A stretch of DNA of 64,000 bases. Origin: Candidatus Poribacteria bacterium. Its GTDB lineage: Bacteria; Poribacteria; WGA-4E; WGA-3G. Location of the stretch: assembly GCA_965205015.1 (NCBI GenBank), contig OZ242029.1:4608001-4672000 (forward strand), written 5' to 3'. Positions 28,288-37,438 of this stretch are shown here, in pieces. How positions within the stretch are numbered: the first letter of the stretch is position 1; every line of letters starts with the position of its first letter. The notes under the pieces are model-generated. The model worked only from the letters and a program-made list of their open reading frames with translations, was not told the DNA's origin and did not search any database. A program made the position numbers and the translations under genes.

Positions 28288-29577
28288 TTGTCTAAACAGG
28301 AACGTTCCTCAACACAGCCCGCGGATGAACAACGGGACATTGGAAAACCGGTCGGCTATTTTGAACTGATTCTACAGAACGCTAACTTCCGCTGGCTCTG
28401 GGGCGGGCAAGTCGTCAGTCTACTCGGGGATTGGTTTAACCTCATCGCCTCTGCCATACTCATTGCTGAACTCACTGACTCTGGTCTCGCATTAGGCGTT
28501 CTGTTTACAATCCGAATGCTGGCTCCCTTCGCTGTTGCCCCGATTGCGGGGATATTCGCTGATAGATACAACCGGAAGCATCTGCTCATCATCACTGATC
28601 TCCTGCGCGCCGTCCTCGTTCTCGGATTTCTCTTTGTCCGAGACGCAAACGATATCTGGTTGCTTTATACGCTCACGACACTTCTGTTCGGTGTCAGCGG
28701 TTTCTTCAGTCCGGCACGGAGTGCTATCCTACCTGATATTACCTCCGCGCAAGAACTCGGCACTGCGAATACGCTTGGGGCAGCGACCTGGTCGGTGATG
28801 CTTGCCGTTGGTGCCGCCATCGGTGGTCTAACAACAGGTCTCTTTGGCAGTCAGACAGCCTTCGTTATTGACGGATTCACCTTTGCTATTTCAGCAGGAC
28901 TCTTGCTTAAGATTAGACTCCCGGGTTCGTCATCCACGGCTGGCGGGGTTCCGACGCGTGCGAAGTTAACGGCACTCCGTTATATGCTTCAGCATCCCGA
29001 CATTCTCATCATCGCCATGCATAAAGCAGCGATATCCCTTTTAATGTCCTCTGGCGTTCAGATTGTGTTGGTTGAGATCGCAAAAAATTATTTCGTTATT
29101 GGTGTCGGTGGCGCCCTGAGTTTAGGAATAATGTACTGTATGAACGGCATTGGCAGCGGCGTTGGGCCAATTCTCGCACGGCGTTGGACCGGCGACCGAG
29201 ACAGCCCCCTGAGAACAAGCATTAGTTGGGGTTACTTGATTGCGTCAATTGGAATAGCGATTACCGCTTCTCTTTATAATTTTGGAATGGTGCTTTTCGG
29301 TGGGCTCGTTCGGAGCATTGGTGGTGGCATCGCATGGGTATTTTCAACACAACTGCTGCTGCAACGTGCCCCAAACGAGATTCGAGGCCGTATCTTTGGC
29401 ACTGAGTTCGCCCTTTTCACACTCATGGGTGGCGCCAGCTCACTCATCACTGGCGCGCTATTAGACCGGTTTCAACTACAGGCTATCCTAAACGGCATGG
29501 CAGCACTCAACCTCATCCCAGCCCTGCTATGGTGGCTATGGTATAAACATCAGAGCCGGACCGGAGAGAAAAGGTAA
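28288..29577 (+). CDS. MFS transporter
   Basis: About 12 hydrophobic helices, motif A GIFADRYNRK. Confidence 0.9.
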   Translation: MSKQERSSTQPADEQRDIGKPVGYFELILQNANFRWLWGGQVVSLLGDWFNLIASAILIAELTDSGLALGVLFTIRMLAPFAVAPIAGIFADRYNRKHLLIITDLLRAVLVLGFLFVRDANDIWLLYTLTTLLFGVSGFFSPARSAILPDITSAQELGTANTLGAATWSVMLAVGAAIGGLTTGLFGSQTAFVIDGFTFAISAGLLLKIRLPGSSSTAGGVPTRAKLTALRYMLQHPDILIIAMHKAAISLLMSSGVQIVLVEIAKNYFVIGVGGALSLGIMYCMNGIGSGVGPILARRWTGDRDSPLRTSISWGYLIASIGIAITASLYNFGMVLFGGLVRSIGGGIAWVFSTQLLLQRAPNEIRGRIFGTEFALFTLMGGASSLITGALLDRFQLQAILNGMAALNLIPALLWWLWYKHQSRTGEKR

Positions 29578-29579
29578 AG

Positions 29580-30173
29580 TTAAAATTCTTTCCATCTCTG
29601 AATCAATTCCGTATCTATCCCAAACTGATCCAAGATTTTTGTAACAACGAAGTTGAGTAGATCGTCCACGTTTTTGGGATAGTGATAAAATCCCGGCATC
29701 GCTGGTAACACGCAAACGCCCAGGCGCGACAATTTCAGCATGTTTTCCAGATGGATGGGACTTAAGGGCGTTTCACGCGGGACAACCACGAGTTTGCGAT
29801 TTTCCTTGATACATACATCCGCGGCGCGTTGGATAAGATTGCGCGATATTCCGCCAGCGATAGACGCAATGCTCCCCATACTACACGGCACAACGACCAT
29901 CCCTTCCGTCCGGAAAGAACCACTGGCAATCGGTGCGGCAATGTCGGATTGATGATGGTAAATAACTCGGTGTGAAGAAACACCAATCAGGGACTCCAAT
30001 TTGAAGTTGTCAAGGTCAACGTCAATCTGAAGTTCCTCTGACAAGGCACGCGCTCCAGATGAAGAAATTGTTAGGTGGACCTCTATATCCTCATGCGCCG
30101 TGAGCACTTGCAGCAGACGGACCCCATATATACCTGCGCTGGCGCCGGTGATGCCTACAATTAATCGCTTCAC
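29580..30173 (-). CDS. ubiX: Flavin prenyltransferase UbiX
   Basis: IVGITGASA, IASGS, PCSM, RAADV, PRETP, PAMPGFY; start GTG 30173 after GGAG. Confidence 0.93.
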   Translation of the reverse strand: MKRLIVGITGASAGIYGVRLLQVLTAHEDIEVHLTISSSGARALSEELQIDVDLDNFKLESLIGVSSHRVIYHHQSDIAAPIASGSFRTEGMVVVPCSMGSIASIAGGISRNLIQRAADVCIKENRKLVVVPRETPLSPIHLENMLKLSRLGVCVLPAMPGFYHYPKNVDDLLNFVVTKILDQFGIDTELIQRWKEF

Positions 30174-30286
30174 TGTATTAAAATCTCCCGTGAGAAAATC
30201 ATGCGCACCCTTCAAATCGTGCGTGCCTGCAAGCCGAAGAAAGCCCTATGTGCTGCCCTAAAACCGTCCCTGCCACGTGTGGTGTG

Positions 30287-31921
30287 TCAAGGAGTGTTTG
30301 AAGGGATTGCTTGTATGACTGGAATAACGTAACTCCGAATGTCCACATCTCCTACGGTTTCCATTTCCACGCGAGGTTCCGGTTTTTGTCGGTGATCAAA
30401 CACGACATAGTATCCTTCCGTCACGCCTTCCGACTTGAGATACGCCGATAGTTGCTGCTTTCCCATCTGGTAGCGGACATCCCCGCGCCAAATCTTTGTC
30501 TCAACGATATATTTCCGTCGATTGTGAGTGATACAGAGATCCATTTTGCCCGCCCCTGTTGGCACTTCAAAGGACATGACCCCGCCGACTGCCTTGACGA
30601 ATGAATCCAGATAGGTGAGGAGAAGATGCCTGCCGACATACTCTTGTGGCGTTTCTGGTACCTGGAGTATTTTGAAACCTACGCGTGTGATGAAATCCCG
30701 GAAGTTATCCAGAAGCCGCGCGATCTCAAGATGCCCTTCGGGTGTGAGATAATTTTGAAATTCGCCGGTCGTGTTCTCTGCAAAGTAGTCGCGCTCCAAT
30801 CCATTCACTGTTGGTGTGAACGCCTGCATAATGTGATGGAGATAGATAGGGTTAACAATCTCACATCTTCCATCAGTTCCATTTTGAATGACCCCATAAG
30901 TTGTGAGTTCACTGATAATATCGTCGTGTGGATTGAAGCGAACGCCTTCTTCATACGTCATGATTCGCATCAGGAGGCTTTCAAACTTCTGATTTTTGCG
31001 GACATTGATGATGAGATGATCGATGTTGGTGTTGCCCTTCTCAAGCAGCTGCCGATGTGCTGCTGTGAAGTGATCCAGCGTAATCCTCTCGGTTTTGGGA
31101 ACGTTCAGTTCTTCGGTAAGGATTTGTGCTGCGCGGTTGACGAGGAAAGGTTGTCCGTTCGTCTGTTTATGTAACATCTCAATGACTTCTGGTGCGAAGG
31201 ATTGTCCAACTTCCGCCGTATACTGCCCCAGGAGTTCACGGACCTGTTCGAGGGTAAAATTTGGCACGACGAACTCATCTTGGATATTGAAGGGTGAAAT
31301 AGAATCGTCATAGTTGAGTTGCCTGATATTCTTCACACCGACGATGCCAACGCTGTGCGGGCTGCGCGGCTTCCCGGCGACGTAAATGTGGCGAAGCGAG
31401 TGGAGAAACCCTTGCAGCACATCACGCGGAATGCCATCAAACTCGTCAATGAAAAGGACGACTCGCTGCGTGTGGGCAGGCGTTTGTGCTGCGTGCCGTC
31501 CATCACGCGACAGAAATTTTGCGAACTGCCGAAAGAATCTGCGCATAGCGCGGTGATCGGTAATCGGGTTGCGACTCTCCAAAAAGTCTGCTAATGGCAC
31601 AGAAGGCATCTCGCGGCGTTGCTCAAAAACGTTCTCTATCTGTTCGAGGATATCTTCATAGAGTCCTCTGTAAAAATCAGCGGCAGTTTCGTCCGCAGCC
31701 TCTTCAAAATTGAGTTGGATCGGAAAATAGTGTTGTTCCTGGGTTGTGAGCGTGTCCAAGGCGCGTTGAAAGAACGTTGTTTTTCCGGTCTGTCGAGGCG
31801 CGAAGATGACGATGTATTTTCCATTTTTGATGCGTTCGATGAAATCAGCAGTTTCTTTAGAGCGTGTGACAATATAGTTATCGTGAGGGTTGACAGGTCC
31901 CTGTGTTCCGAAGGTTCTCAC
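30287..31921 (-). CDS. AAA-like P-loop ATPase with C-terminal PD-(D/E)XK-like domain
   Basis: APRQTGKT, LFIDEFD, SPFNI, GQPFLV; C-terminal GKMDL...IVETK...QLSAY. Confidence 0.8.
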   Translation of the reverse strand: MRTFGTQGPVNPHDNYIVTRSKETADFIERIKNGKYIVIFAPRQTGKTTFFQRALDTLTTQEQHYFPIQLNFEEAADETAADFYRGLYEDILEQIENVFEQRREMPSVPLADFLESRNPITDHRAMRRFFRQFAKFLSRDGRHAAQTPAHTQRVVLFIDEFDGIPRDVLQGFLHSLRHIYVAGKPRSPHSVGIVGVKNIRQLNYDDSISPFNIQDEFVVPNFTLEQVRELLGQYTAEVGQSFAPEVIEMLHKQTNGQPFLVNRAAQILTEELNVPKTERITLDHFTAAHRQLLEKGNTNIDHLIINVRKNQKFESLLMRIMTYEEGVRFNPHDDIISELTTYGVIQNGTDGRCEIVNPIYLHHIMQAFTPTVNGLERDYFAENTTGEFQNYLTPEGHLEIARLLDNFRDFITRVGFKILQVPETPQEYVGRHLLLTYLDSFVKAVGGVMSFEVPTGAGKMDLCITHNRRKYIVETKIWRGDVRYQMGKQQLSAYLKSEGVTEGYYVVFDHRQKPEPRVEMETVGDVDIRSYVIPVIQAIPSNTP

Positions 31922-32062
31922 GATTTTTTTCTCCTTGCGAAGCGTTGGGGTAAGTTACTCCTACAGTTTTAGACCAAGCTATCAGAGGGGAAACTTTAGA
32001 AACAGTATAGCACCCATCTGACAAAAAATCAAGAGGCTTTTCACACATCGTAGTCCAATCGC

Positions 32063-32091
32063 TTGACAGAAAAGTGCATAATGGGTAAACT
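32063..32091 (+). promoter_or_regulatory. Sigma70-like promoter for the 32.1-34.8 kb operon
   Basis: TTGACA-N17-TAAACT. Confidence 0.5.
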
Positions 32092-32151
32092 AAGCGCAGA
32101 AACCTATTTGACGTAAGGCGTTGCTTGTCAACCCGTTCAACGAGGAAAACT

Positions 32152-33195
32152 ATGAACATCGCTGCTTTAGACACTCCCGTACTTGCCGCAGATCTGGACG
32201 TACTTGAACAGAACATCAACGGCATGGCAACACACTGCGATCAACTCGGTATCCCATTGCGTGTTCATACCAAAACGCATAAGGTGCCAGAAATCGCGCA
32301 ATTGCAGATCGCTGCCGGTTCCCAAGGCATTACTTGCCAGAAGTTGGGCGAAGCAGAGGTCATGGTGGATGCCGGCATCGACAATATCCTTATCCCCTAT
32401 AACATCGTCGGAACACCGAAACTGAAGCGATTGACAGCACTCGTGAAACGTGCTAAGATCATCGTTGCCCTGGATTCGGAAGAGACAGCAAAAGGGATCT
32501 CCGAACAGGCACACACCGATGACTGTACTGTTCCGGTTGTCGTGGAACTGGATACCGGAAGTGGACGCTGCGGTGTGCAGTCGCCCCAAGACGCACAACA
32601 CCTCGCGCAACAGGTCGTGAAAATGCCCGGCATCAACTTCCAAGGCGTAATGACGTATCCGAGCAATCTCCGAGCGAAACCGTTTATTGAAGAAACGCTT
32701 GATCTGCTCTCAAACGACGGTATTCCTGTGAACATCATTAGCGGCGGTGGCACAGGATCGGAAGCGGCATCGAAAGAACTCGGTTGCACGGAAACCCGAA
32801 GCGGCTCTTATGTCTACGAAGGGATGACCCGAGTCGGGAGTTCCGAGATGCTCGCGCCTGACAGGTGTGTATTGCGTGTTATCACAACCGTCGTCAGCAC
32901 GCCAACACCCGAGCGGATTATTATTGATGGCGGGATGAAGACTTTTACGAGTTATCCGCCAACGCCTTATGGGCATATCGTTGAACACCCTGAGGCGAAG
33001 ATTTACGGAATGTCTGTCGAGCACGGGCATGTCGATGTCAGTGAATGCTCACACCGATTTAAGGTCGGTGAGCAACTCTCCGTTATCCCGCTGCATCAAG
33101 GAATGACGAGCAATCTGCATGATGAACTGATAGGTATAAGAGACAATAGCGTCGAAACAATCTGGCAAATCGCAGGTAGAGGCAAAGTTTTTTAA
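32152..33195 (+). CDS. PLP-dependent D-threonine aldolase/DSD1 family enzyme (alanine racemase fold)
   Basis: LRVHTKTHK, TCQKLGEAE, GRCGV, SGGGT, DGGMK, SVEHG; start ATG 32152 after GAGG. Confidence 0.88.
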   Translation: MNIAALDTPVLAADLDVLEQNINGMATHCDQLGIPLRVHTKTHKVPEIAQLQIAAGSQGITCQKLGEAEVMVDAGIDNILIPYNIVGTPKLKRLTALVKRAKIIVALDSEETAKGISEQAHTDDCTVPVVVELDTGSGRCGVQSPQDAQHLAQQVVKMPGINFQGVMTYPSNLRAKPFIEETLDLLSNDGIPVNIISGGGTGSEAASKELGCTETRSGSYVYEGMTRVGSSEMLAPDRCVLRVITTVVSTPTPERIIIDGGMKTFTSYPPTPYGHIVEHPEAKIYGMSVEHGHVDVSECSHRFKVGEQLSVIPLHQGMTSNLHDELIGIRDNSVETIWQIAGRGKVF

Positions 33196-33211
33196 TCAGG
33201 AGTGTGAAATT

Positions 33212-33928
33212 ATGATGCTACCGACACCCGCACAGAAAACACAATGGGAAGAGGAAGGGTATCTCGTCTTTGAAAACGCAATTCAGGGGGAAGACCTCAA
33301 ACGACTCCAAACCGCTTTCGATTACTGGGCAGACGCGTGCAAGGAAGAGTGGCTGGATAGCGTCGAAGCAGGGGAATCCGTCGCAACCTTCTATGACATC
33401 CCAAATCCGCTTGAAAAGGACCCGATTTTCATTGACATTATCGACTATCCCAGCTACTACGGTGCGTTGATGGAGTTCACCGACCACGACCTGATCCTAT
33501 TGGGTCCACAGGTTCGGACAGTAGCCCCGTGGCCCGTGAGTTATACGGGGTGGCATCCCGATGTGGCGCATAGCAATCCGCTCCACATCAAGGTCCAAAT
33601 TTACGTCAACGATGTCGACCTGGGAGGCGGGGAATTCGGCTTTGTGCCGGGCAGTCATAAACCGGATGCGGGTCCATACACGCGTCCAACGCGGCAAGAA
33701 AGTATGCCGGGACACAAAACTTTTCCCGGTAAAGCCGGCACGGCGATTATGTTCAATTCGTGTGGATGGCACGTTTCAATGGACAATCACTCCGATGTGC
33801 CGCGTAAATCCATTATCTTGATTTACGAAAAACGAACCCCGGGCCGTATTGGACCGGAACAGTATACCTCTATCTCGGAATACTGTCAAACCCCGGAACG
33901 GCGCAAATTGTTTAGTTTGGACGGTTAA
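33212..33928 (+). CDS. Phytanoyl-CoA dioxygenase (PhyH) family 2OG/Fe(II) enzyme
   Basis: WHPD, VPGSH, GWH...N...R. Confidence 0.9.
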   Translation: MMLPTPAQKTQWEEEGYLVFENAIQGEDLKRLQTAFDYWADACKEEWLDSVEAGESVATFYDIPNPLEKDPIFIDIIDYPSYYGALMEFTDHDLILLGPQVRTVAPWPVSYTGWHPDVAHSNPLHIKVQIYVNDVDLGGGEFGFVPGSHKPDAGPYTRPTRQESMPGHKTFPGKAGTAIMFNSCGWHVSMDNHSDVPRKSIILIYEKRTPGRIGPEQYTSISEYCQTPERRKLFSLDG

Positions 33929-33946
33929 GCAAAGGAGAGTTACGCT

Positions 33947-34840
33947 ATGCCACGAATTGACGCGCATCTGCACGTATTTACAAAAGCCTCCTCCGAGTTT
34001 CCGCGGGAGATATCAGACATCTGGCCCGCCGAACGGGAAGAGCCTGTCGAAAAACTGTTAGGCGAAATGGAAAAACACCAGATCGATCAAGCAGTCCTTG
34101 TCCAGATGGCTGGCGCGAGTATAGCGAACCATCGTTACTTACTGCGTTGTCTCAAAACGTATCCGAATCGGTTTTTAGGGATTGGATTGATCCCAGAGGG
34201 ACACCCGAACCCTGCTGAACACATGCAGGAATTAACAGATGGAACTGGGATTATTGGGTTTCGACTCTCTACATTCGGCGGACCGCGTGATATTTTTGCG
34301 AAAATGGATGTTCGGGAGTTCGATGCCTATCCCATCTGGGAGTGTGCCGCTGAACGCGATTATGTCTTGTGGCTCTATCCGAACGCTATCAACGCCCATC
34401 TCCTGCCATACCTGGTACAAGCGTTCCCACAGGTTCGTGTTGTACTCAATCATCTCGCCGTGTGCCCAGGAAAAGGCAAATTCAGTTGGGACGCATTCGG
34501 GAGACCCCAGATACAGGTGACGGGTTACAACCTCACCATGCACACCACCTATCGACTCGCCCGCTTTGAAAATGTCAATGTGCATCTCTCCGGTCAATAC
34601 GCCTTTAGCAGAGAAGAATTCCCGTATAAAGATTTGGCAGGCTGGCACCGGGGTCTCTTGACCGGCTTTGGGTCAAAACGATTGATGTGGGCAACCGATT
34701 TTCCATGGATCCTGGAAGAACCGGGGTATGGGAAACTGACCACGGTTATAGAAGAATTATTACCAGATATATCCGAAGCGGAGTTGGCGGACATTATGGG
34801 CGGGAATGCGAAACGGATTTTAAGGTTTCCTGACCTATAA
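33947..34840 (+). CDS. Amidohydrolase_2 family protein
   Basis: IDAHLH, LNHL, RLMWATDFP, GGNAKR. Confidence 0.88.
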   Translation: MPRIDAHLHVFTKASSEFPREISDIWPAEREEPVEKLLGEMEKHQIDQAVLVQMAGASIANHRYLLRCLKTYPNRFLGIGLIPEGHPNPAEHMQELTDGTGIIGFRLSTFGGPRDIFAKMDVREFDAYPIWECAAERDYVLWLYPNAINAHLLPYLVQAFPQVRVVLNHLAVCPGKGKFSWDAFGRPQIQVTGYNLTMHTTYRLARFENVNVHLSGQYAFSREEFPYKDLAGWHRGLLTGFGSKRLMWATDFPWILEEPGYGKLTTVIEELLPDISEAELADIMGGNAKRILRFPDL

Positions 34841-34852
34841 ACAAGAGGCGGT

Positions 34853-35239
34853 TCAGAATCTACCTCCGGCTTGAAAATCGAACGCGCTCTCAATGTGTTC
34901 AAGCCGTAGCAATTCGAGCTGCGGGGACAAGTGAATTGCAATAACATCAAAACGGCAAGGCGCGTCCAAGAGGTTCTGGGATTGAAGATACGCCAAAGCG
35001 ACTTTTGAGATTTGTCGCTGTTTCTGTAGCGTTACAGCCGCTTGGGGCAATCCAAATTTGAGGCTCCGTCGCGTTTTTACCTCCACAAAAACGGTGAATT
35101 CGTCATCCCGTACGATGATATCTATCTCGCCGCGTCTTGCCCGATAATTCCGCGCAAGGATTCGACATCCACGTGCTTTGAGATGCTTCACCGCCAACGA
35201 TTCACCTATTTTGGCAATGTCTAAGCGTGAACGATCCAT
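34853..35239 (-). CDS. yraN: YraN family endonuclease-like protein
   Basis: GEIDII...VFVEVKTR...RFDVIAI. Confidence 0.92.
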   Translation of the reverse strand: MDRSRLDIAKIGESLAVKHLKARGCRILARNYRARRGEIDIIVRDDEFTVFVEVKTRRSLKFGLPQAAVTLQKQRQISKVALAYLQSQNLLDAPCRFDVIAIHLSPQLELLRLEHIESAFDFQAGGRF

Positions 35240-35267
35240 TTATGCCTTCCGTCCTCTAAGTACATAA

Positions 35268-36236
35268 CTACTGCTCGCTCTTGAGAGTTGCCCACACCGT
35301 TGATAATCTTCCTCTGGGAGAAACAGCCAACGATTTGGGACCCCATGCGGGTTCTATCGCCACTTTTAAGTTCTCAACAAGCGCAACACTGTCGCCCCCA
35401 TCTGCGTTCATCACAGAGATACCATACAGACCACCGCGTTGTGATTCATAAGCAATCTGCGTGCCATCAGGAGACCATGCGGGATGTTTGTCATTGGATT
35501 TGCTGTTCGTCAGATTCCTCTCATTTCCACCATCCACATCTATAATATAGATGTCCCAGTTTTTATTGCGCCAAGAGGCAAAGGCTATTCGTTGACCATC
35601 CGGCGACCACGCCGGTTCTGAGTCCCATTCTCGGGCATCAGTAACACGTTGGATATTGGTTCCGTCAGCGTTTATGACAAAGATATCTGAACCAAAAATA
35701 CGAGAGGATTCAAAGGCGATCTGTGTACTATCTGGAGACCATGTAGGAAAAACCTCCGGACGCGGATGGTCGGTAACCTGTGTCGGGTTCGTGCCATCGG
35801 CATTCATCACATAAATATCGAAACTGCCATCTCGCAATGATGTAAAGGCAATCCGCTGACCGTCTGGAGACCATGCGGGGTTAACATCAGGCGCGGGATG
35901 CTGGGTTAGGTTAATGGGGTTACGTCCATTTGCGCCCATGACATAGATTTCTGGATGTCCAACCCGCTCGGATTCAAAAGCGATCCGTCTACCGTCCGGG
36001 GACCAAGTCGGTGCCCAGTCACTTCGTTCATGGTCGGTGAGTTGTCGGACCTGTTTACCTTCAGAATCCACTACATAAATATTTGTTCCCGGTATCCAAT
36101 CGCCGGACGTAAATGCAATTCGCGCTTCAACACACAATGTCATACCCACCAACACTGAGGCACTCAAAAGCACAAGAACAATGAAACTTTTTTTCAGATT
36201 GTCCAGCAACGTCAATAACTTCAATAGGGTTCTCAT
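35268..36236 (-). CDS. Secreted TolB-like PD40 beta-propeller protein with W-x-x-L-K tail
   Basis: Repeated P.WSPDG..IAF units; tail VSPRGRLSTVWATLK. Confidence 0.88.
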   Translation of the reverse strand: MRTLLKLLTLLDNLKKSFIVLVLLSASVLVGMTLCVEARIAFTSGDWIPGTNIYVVDSEGKQVRQLTDHERSDWAPTWSPDGRRIAFESERVGHPEIYVMGANGRNPINLTQHPAPDVNPAWSPDGQRIAFTSLRDGSFDIYVMNADGTNPTQVTDHPRPEVFPTWSPDSTQIAFESSRIFGSDIFVINADGTNIQRVTDAREWDSEPAWSPDGQRIAFASWRNKNWDIYIIDVDGGNERNLTNSKSNDKHPAWSPDGTQIAYESQRGGLYGISVMNADGGDSVALVENLKVAIEPAWGPKSLAVSPRGRLSTVWATLKSEQ

Positions 36237-36280
36237 TGTACCCTCCATTGGATAAGTTCAGAAGCAACTTTTTTTAATGA

Positions 36281-36402
36281 AGGCTTACGCGATGCGCAAT
36301 GAATTGCGCTCCTACGAACCACACCGCTTTTGAGAAATACACGTATTTCCAAGATGTAGTTACTCGGAGTAAGGTGATTTATCGTCTGTCTGCGTAAGTC
36401 CT
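36281..36402. mobile_element. MITE-like element with (A)GG(A)CTTACGC...TGCGTAAGTCCT ends enclosing a GTAG REP
   Basis: aggcttacgc at 36281, tgcgtaagtcct at 36391-36402, REP gcgcaatgaattgcgctcctacgaac at 36294-36319; same ends at 55739-55973. Confidence 0.55.
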
Positions 36403-36418
36403 ATTCATAATGGAAAGG

Positions 36419-37405
36419 TCATTTTACCTTATTCTGTTTGATTCGACTCCACAAGGTTACTAACTTTTTCTCCGAGGAAACTGCCAATGGTGTTGGATGC
36501 CAAGACCCCGCGAAATCGTCTGCGCTTTGATCTTGCGTGAGGTTGACGAGGTTAGAACCATCAGCATTCATCACATAAACATCGGCGTGACGGACATGAT
36601 TGTATGAACTAAAGGTAATTTTCGTCCCACCCAAAGACCAAGCCGGACCAAAGTCTATCTCCCACAAGTTATGCGTGAGTTGAATAGGATTGGTGCCATC
36701 AGCATTCATCACATAGATCTCATCATCGCCATCACGGTCCGAAGAAAAAGCGATTTGACGCCCATCAGGAGACCAAGTAGGTCCAAACTCCGACGCCCAT
36801 GGATCTTCAGTCAGTTGAATGGGATTGGTACCGTCGGCATTCATCACATAGATTTCATAGTCGCCATCACGGTCCGAAGAAAAGGCGATCTGACTTCCGT
36901 CAGGAGACCAACTCGGGGACCGATCGGACTTCAAATGTTGTGTAAGATTAATAGAATTCGCACCATTCGCATTCATTACATAGATTTCATCGTTCTTATC
37001 TCGCCTTGACCAAAAAGCGATTTGACTTCCATCTGGAGACCAGTCAGGAGACCGGTCGTCTCCGTTCTGATTTTGCGTGAGATTCATGGGATTGCTACCG
37101 TCGGCATCCATCACATAGATGCCAAATCTACCATTGCGGTTCGATGCAAAGGCAATTTTCGTTCCGTCCGGAGACCACGCCGGATTCACGTCCGATGCCG
37201 GTCCTTGTGTGAGCCTGACGAGGTTCCTCCCATTAGCATCTACCACATAGATATTATATCTAAATGCGAATTCACCAAAATCCCGACTCGATTGAAACGC
37301 AATTTTCACGGCATCGACAGGTAAGTAACTTGCCAACGTTACGAGGAACCCCGTAAGCACCATGAAAACCCACCGCATGGTTCGTTTCGGTAATATTGAC
37401 TTCAT
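36419..37405 (-). CDS. Secreted TolB-like PD40 beta-propeller protein with W-x-x-I-K tail
   Basis: Repeated WSPDG..IAF..EIYVMNADG units; tail VSSEKKLVTLWSRIK; start ATG 37405 after GGAG. Confidence 0.88.
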   Translation of the reverse strand: MKSILPKRTMRWVFMVLTGFLVTLASYLPVDAVKIAFQSSRDFGEFAFRYNIYVVDANGRNLVRLTQGPASDVNPAWSPDGTKIAFASNRNGRFGIYVMDADGSNPMNLTQNQNGDDRSPDWSPDGSQIAFWSRRDKNDEIYVMNANGANSINLTQHLKSDRSPSWSPDGSQIAFSSDRDGDYEIYVMNADGTNPIQLTEDPWASEFGPTWSPDGRQIAFSSDRDGDDEIYVMNADGTNPIQLTHNLWEIDFGPAWSLGGTKITFSSYNHVRHADVYVMNADGSNLVNLTQDQSADDFAGSWHPTPLAVSSEKKLVTLWSRIKQNKVK

Positions 37406-37438
37406 CGTTTTGCTCCTTCCCACAAATGCGGTATTCAT

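Noticed and set aside
30287-31921. AAA ATPase-nuclease as a defence system
   Set aside because: Solitary member of a commonly expanded family among metabolic genes; no partner genes or island context.
36700-37000. Near-identical DNA repeats with a period of about 132 bp
   Set aside because: Explained by PD40 propeller blades of the encoded protein; not a DGR template/variable pair, and no reverse transcriptase is present.
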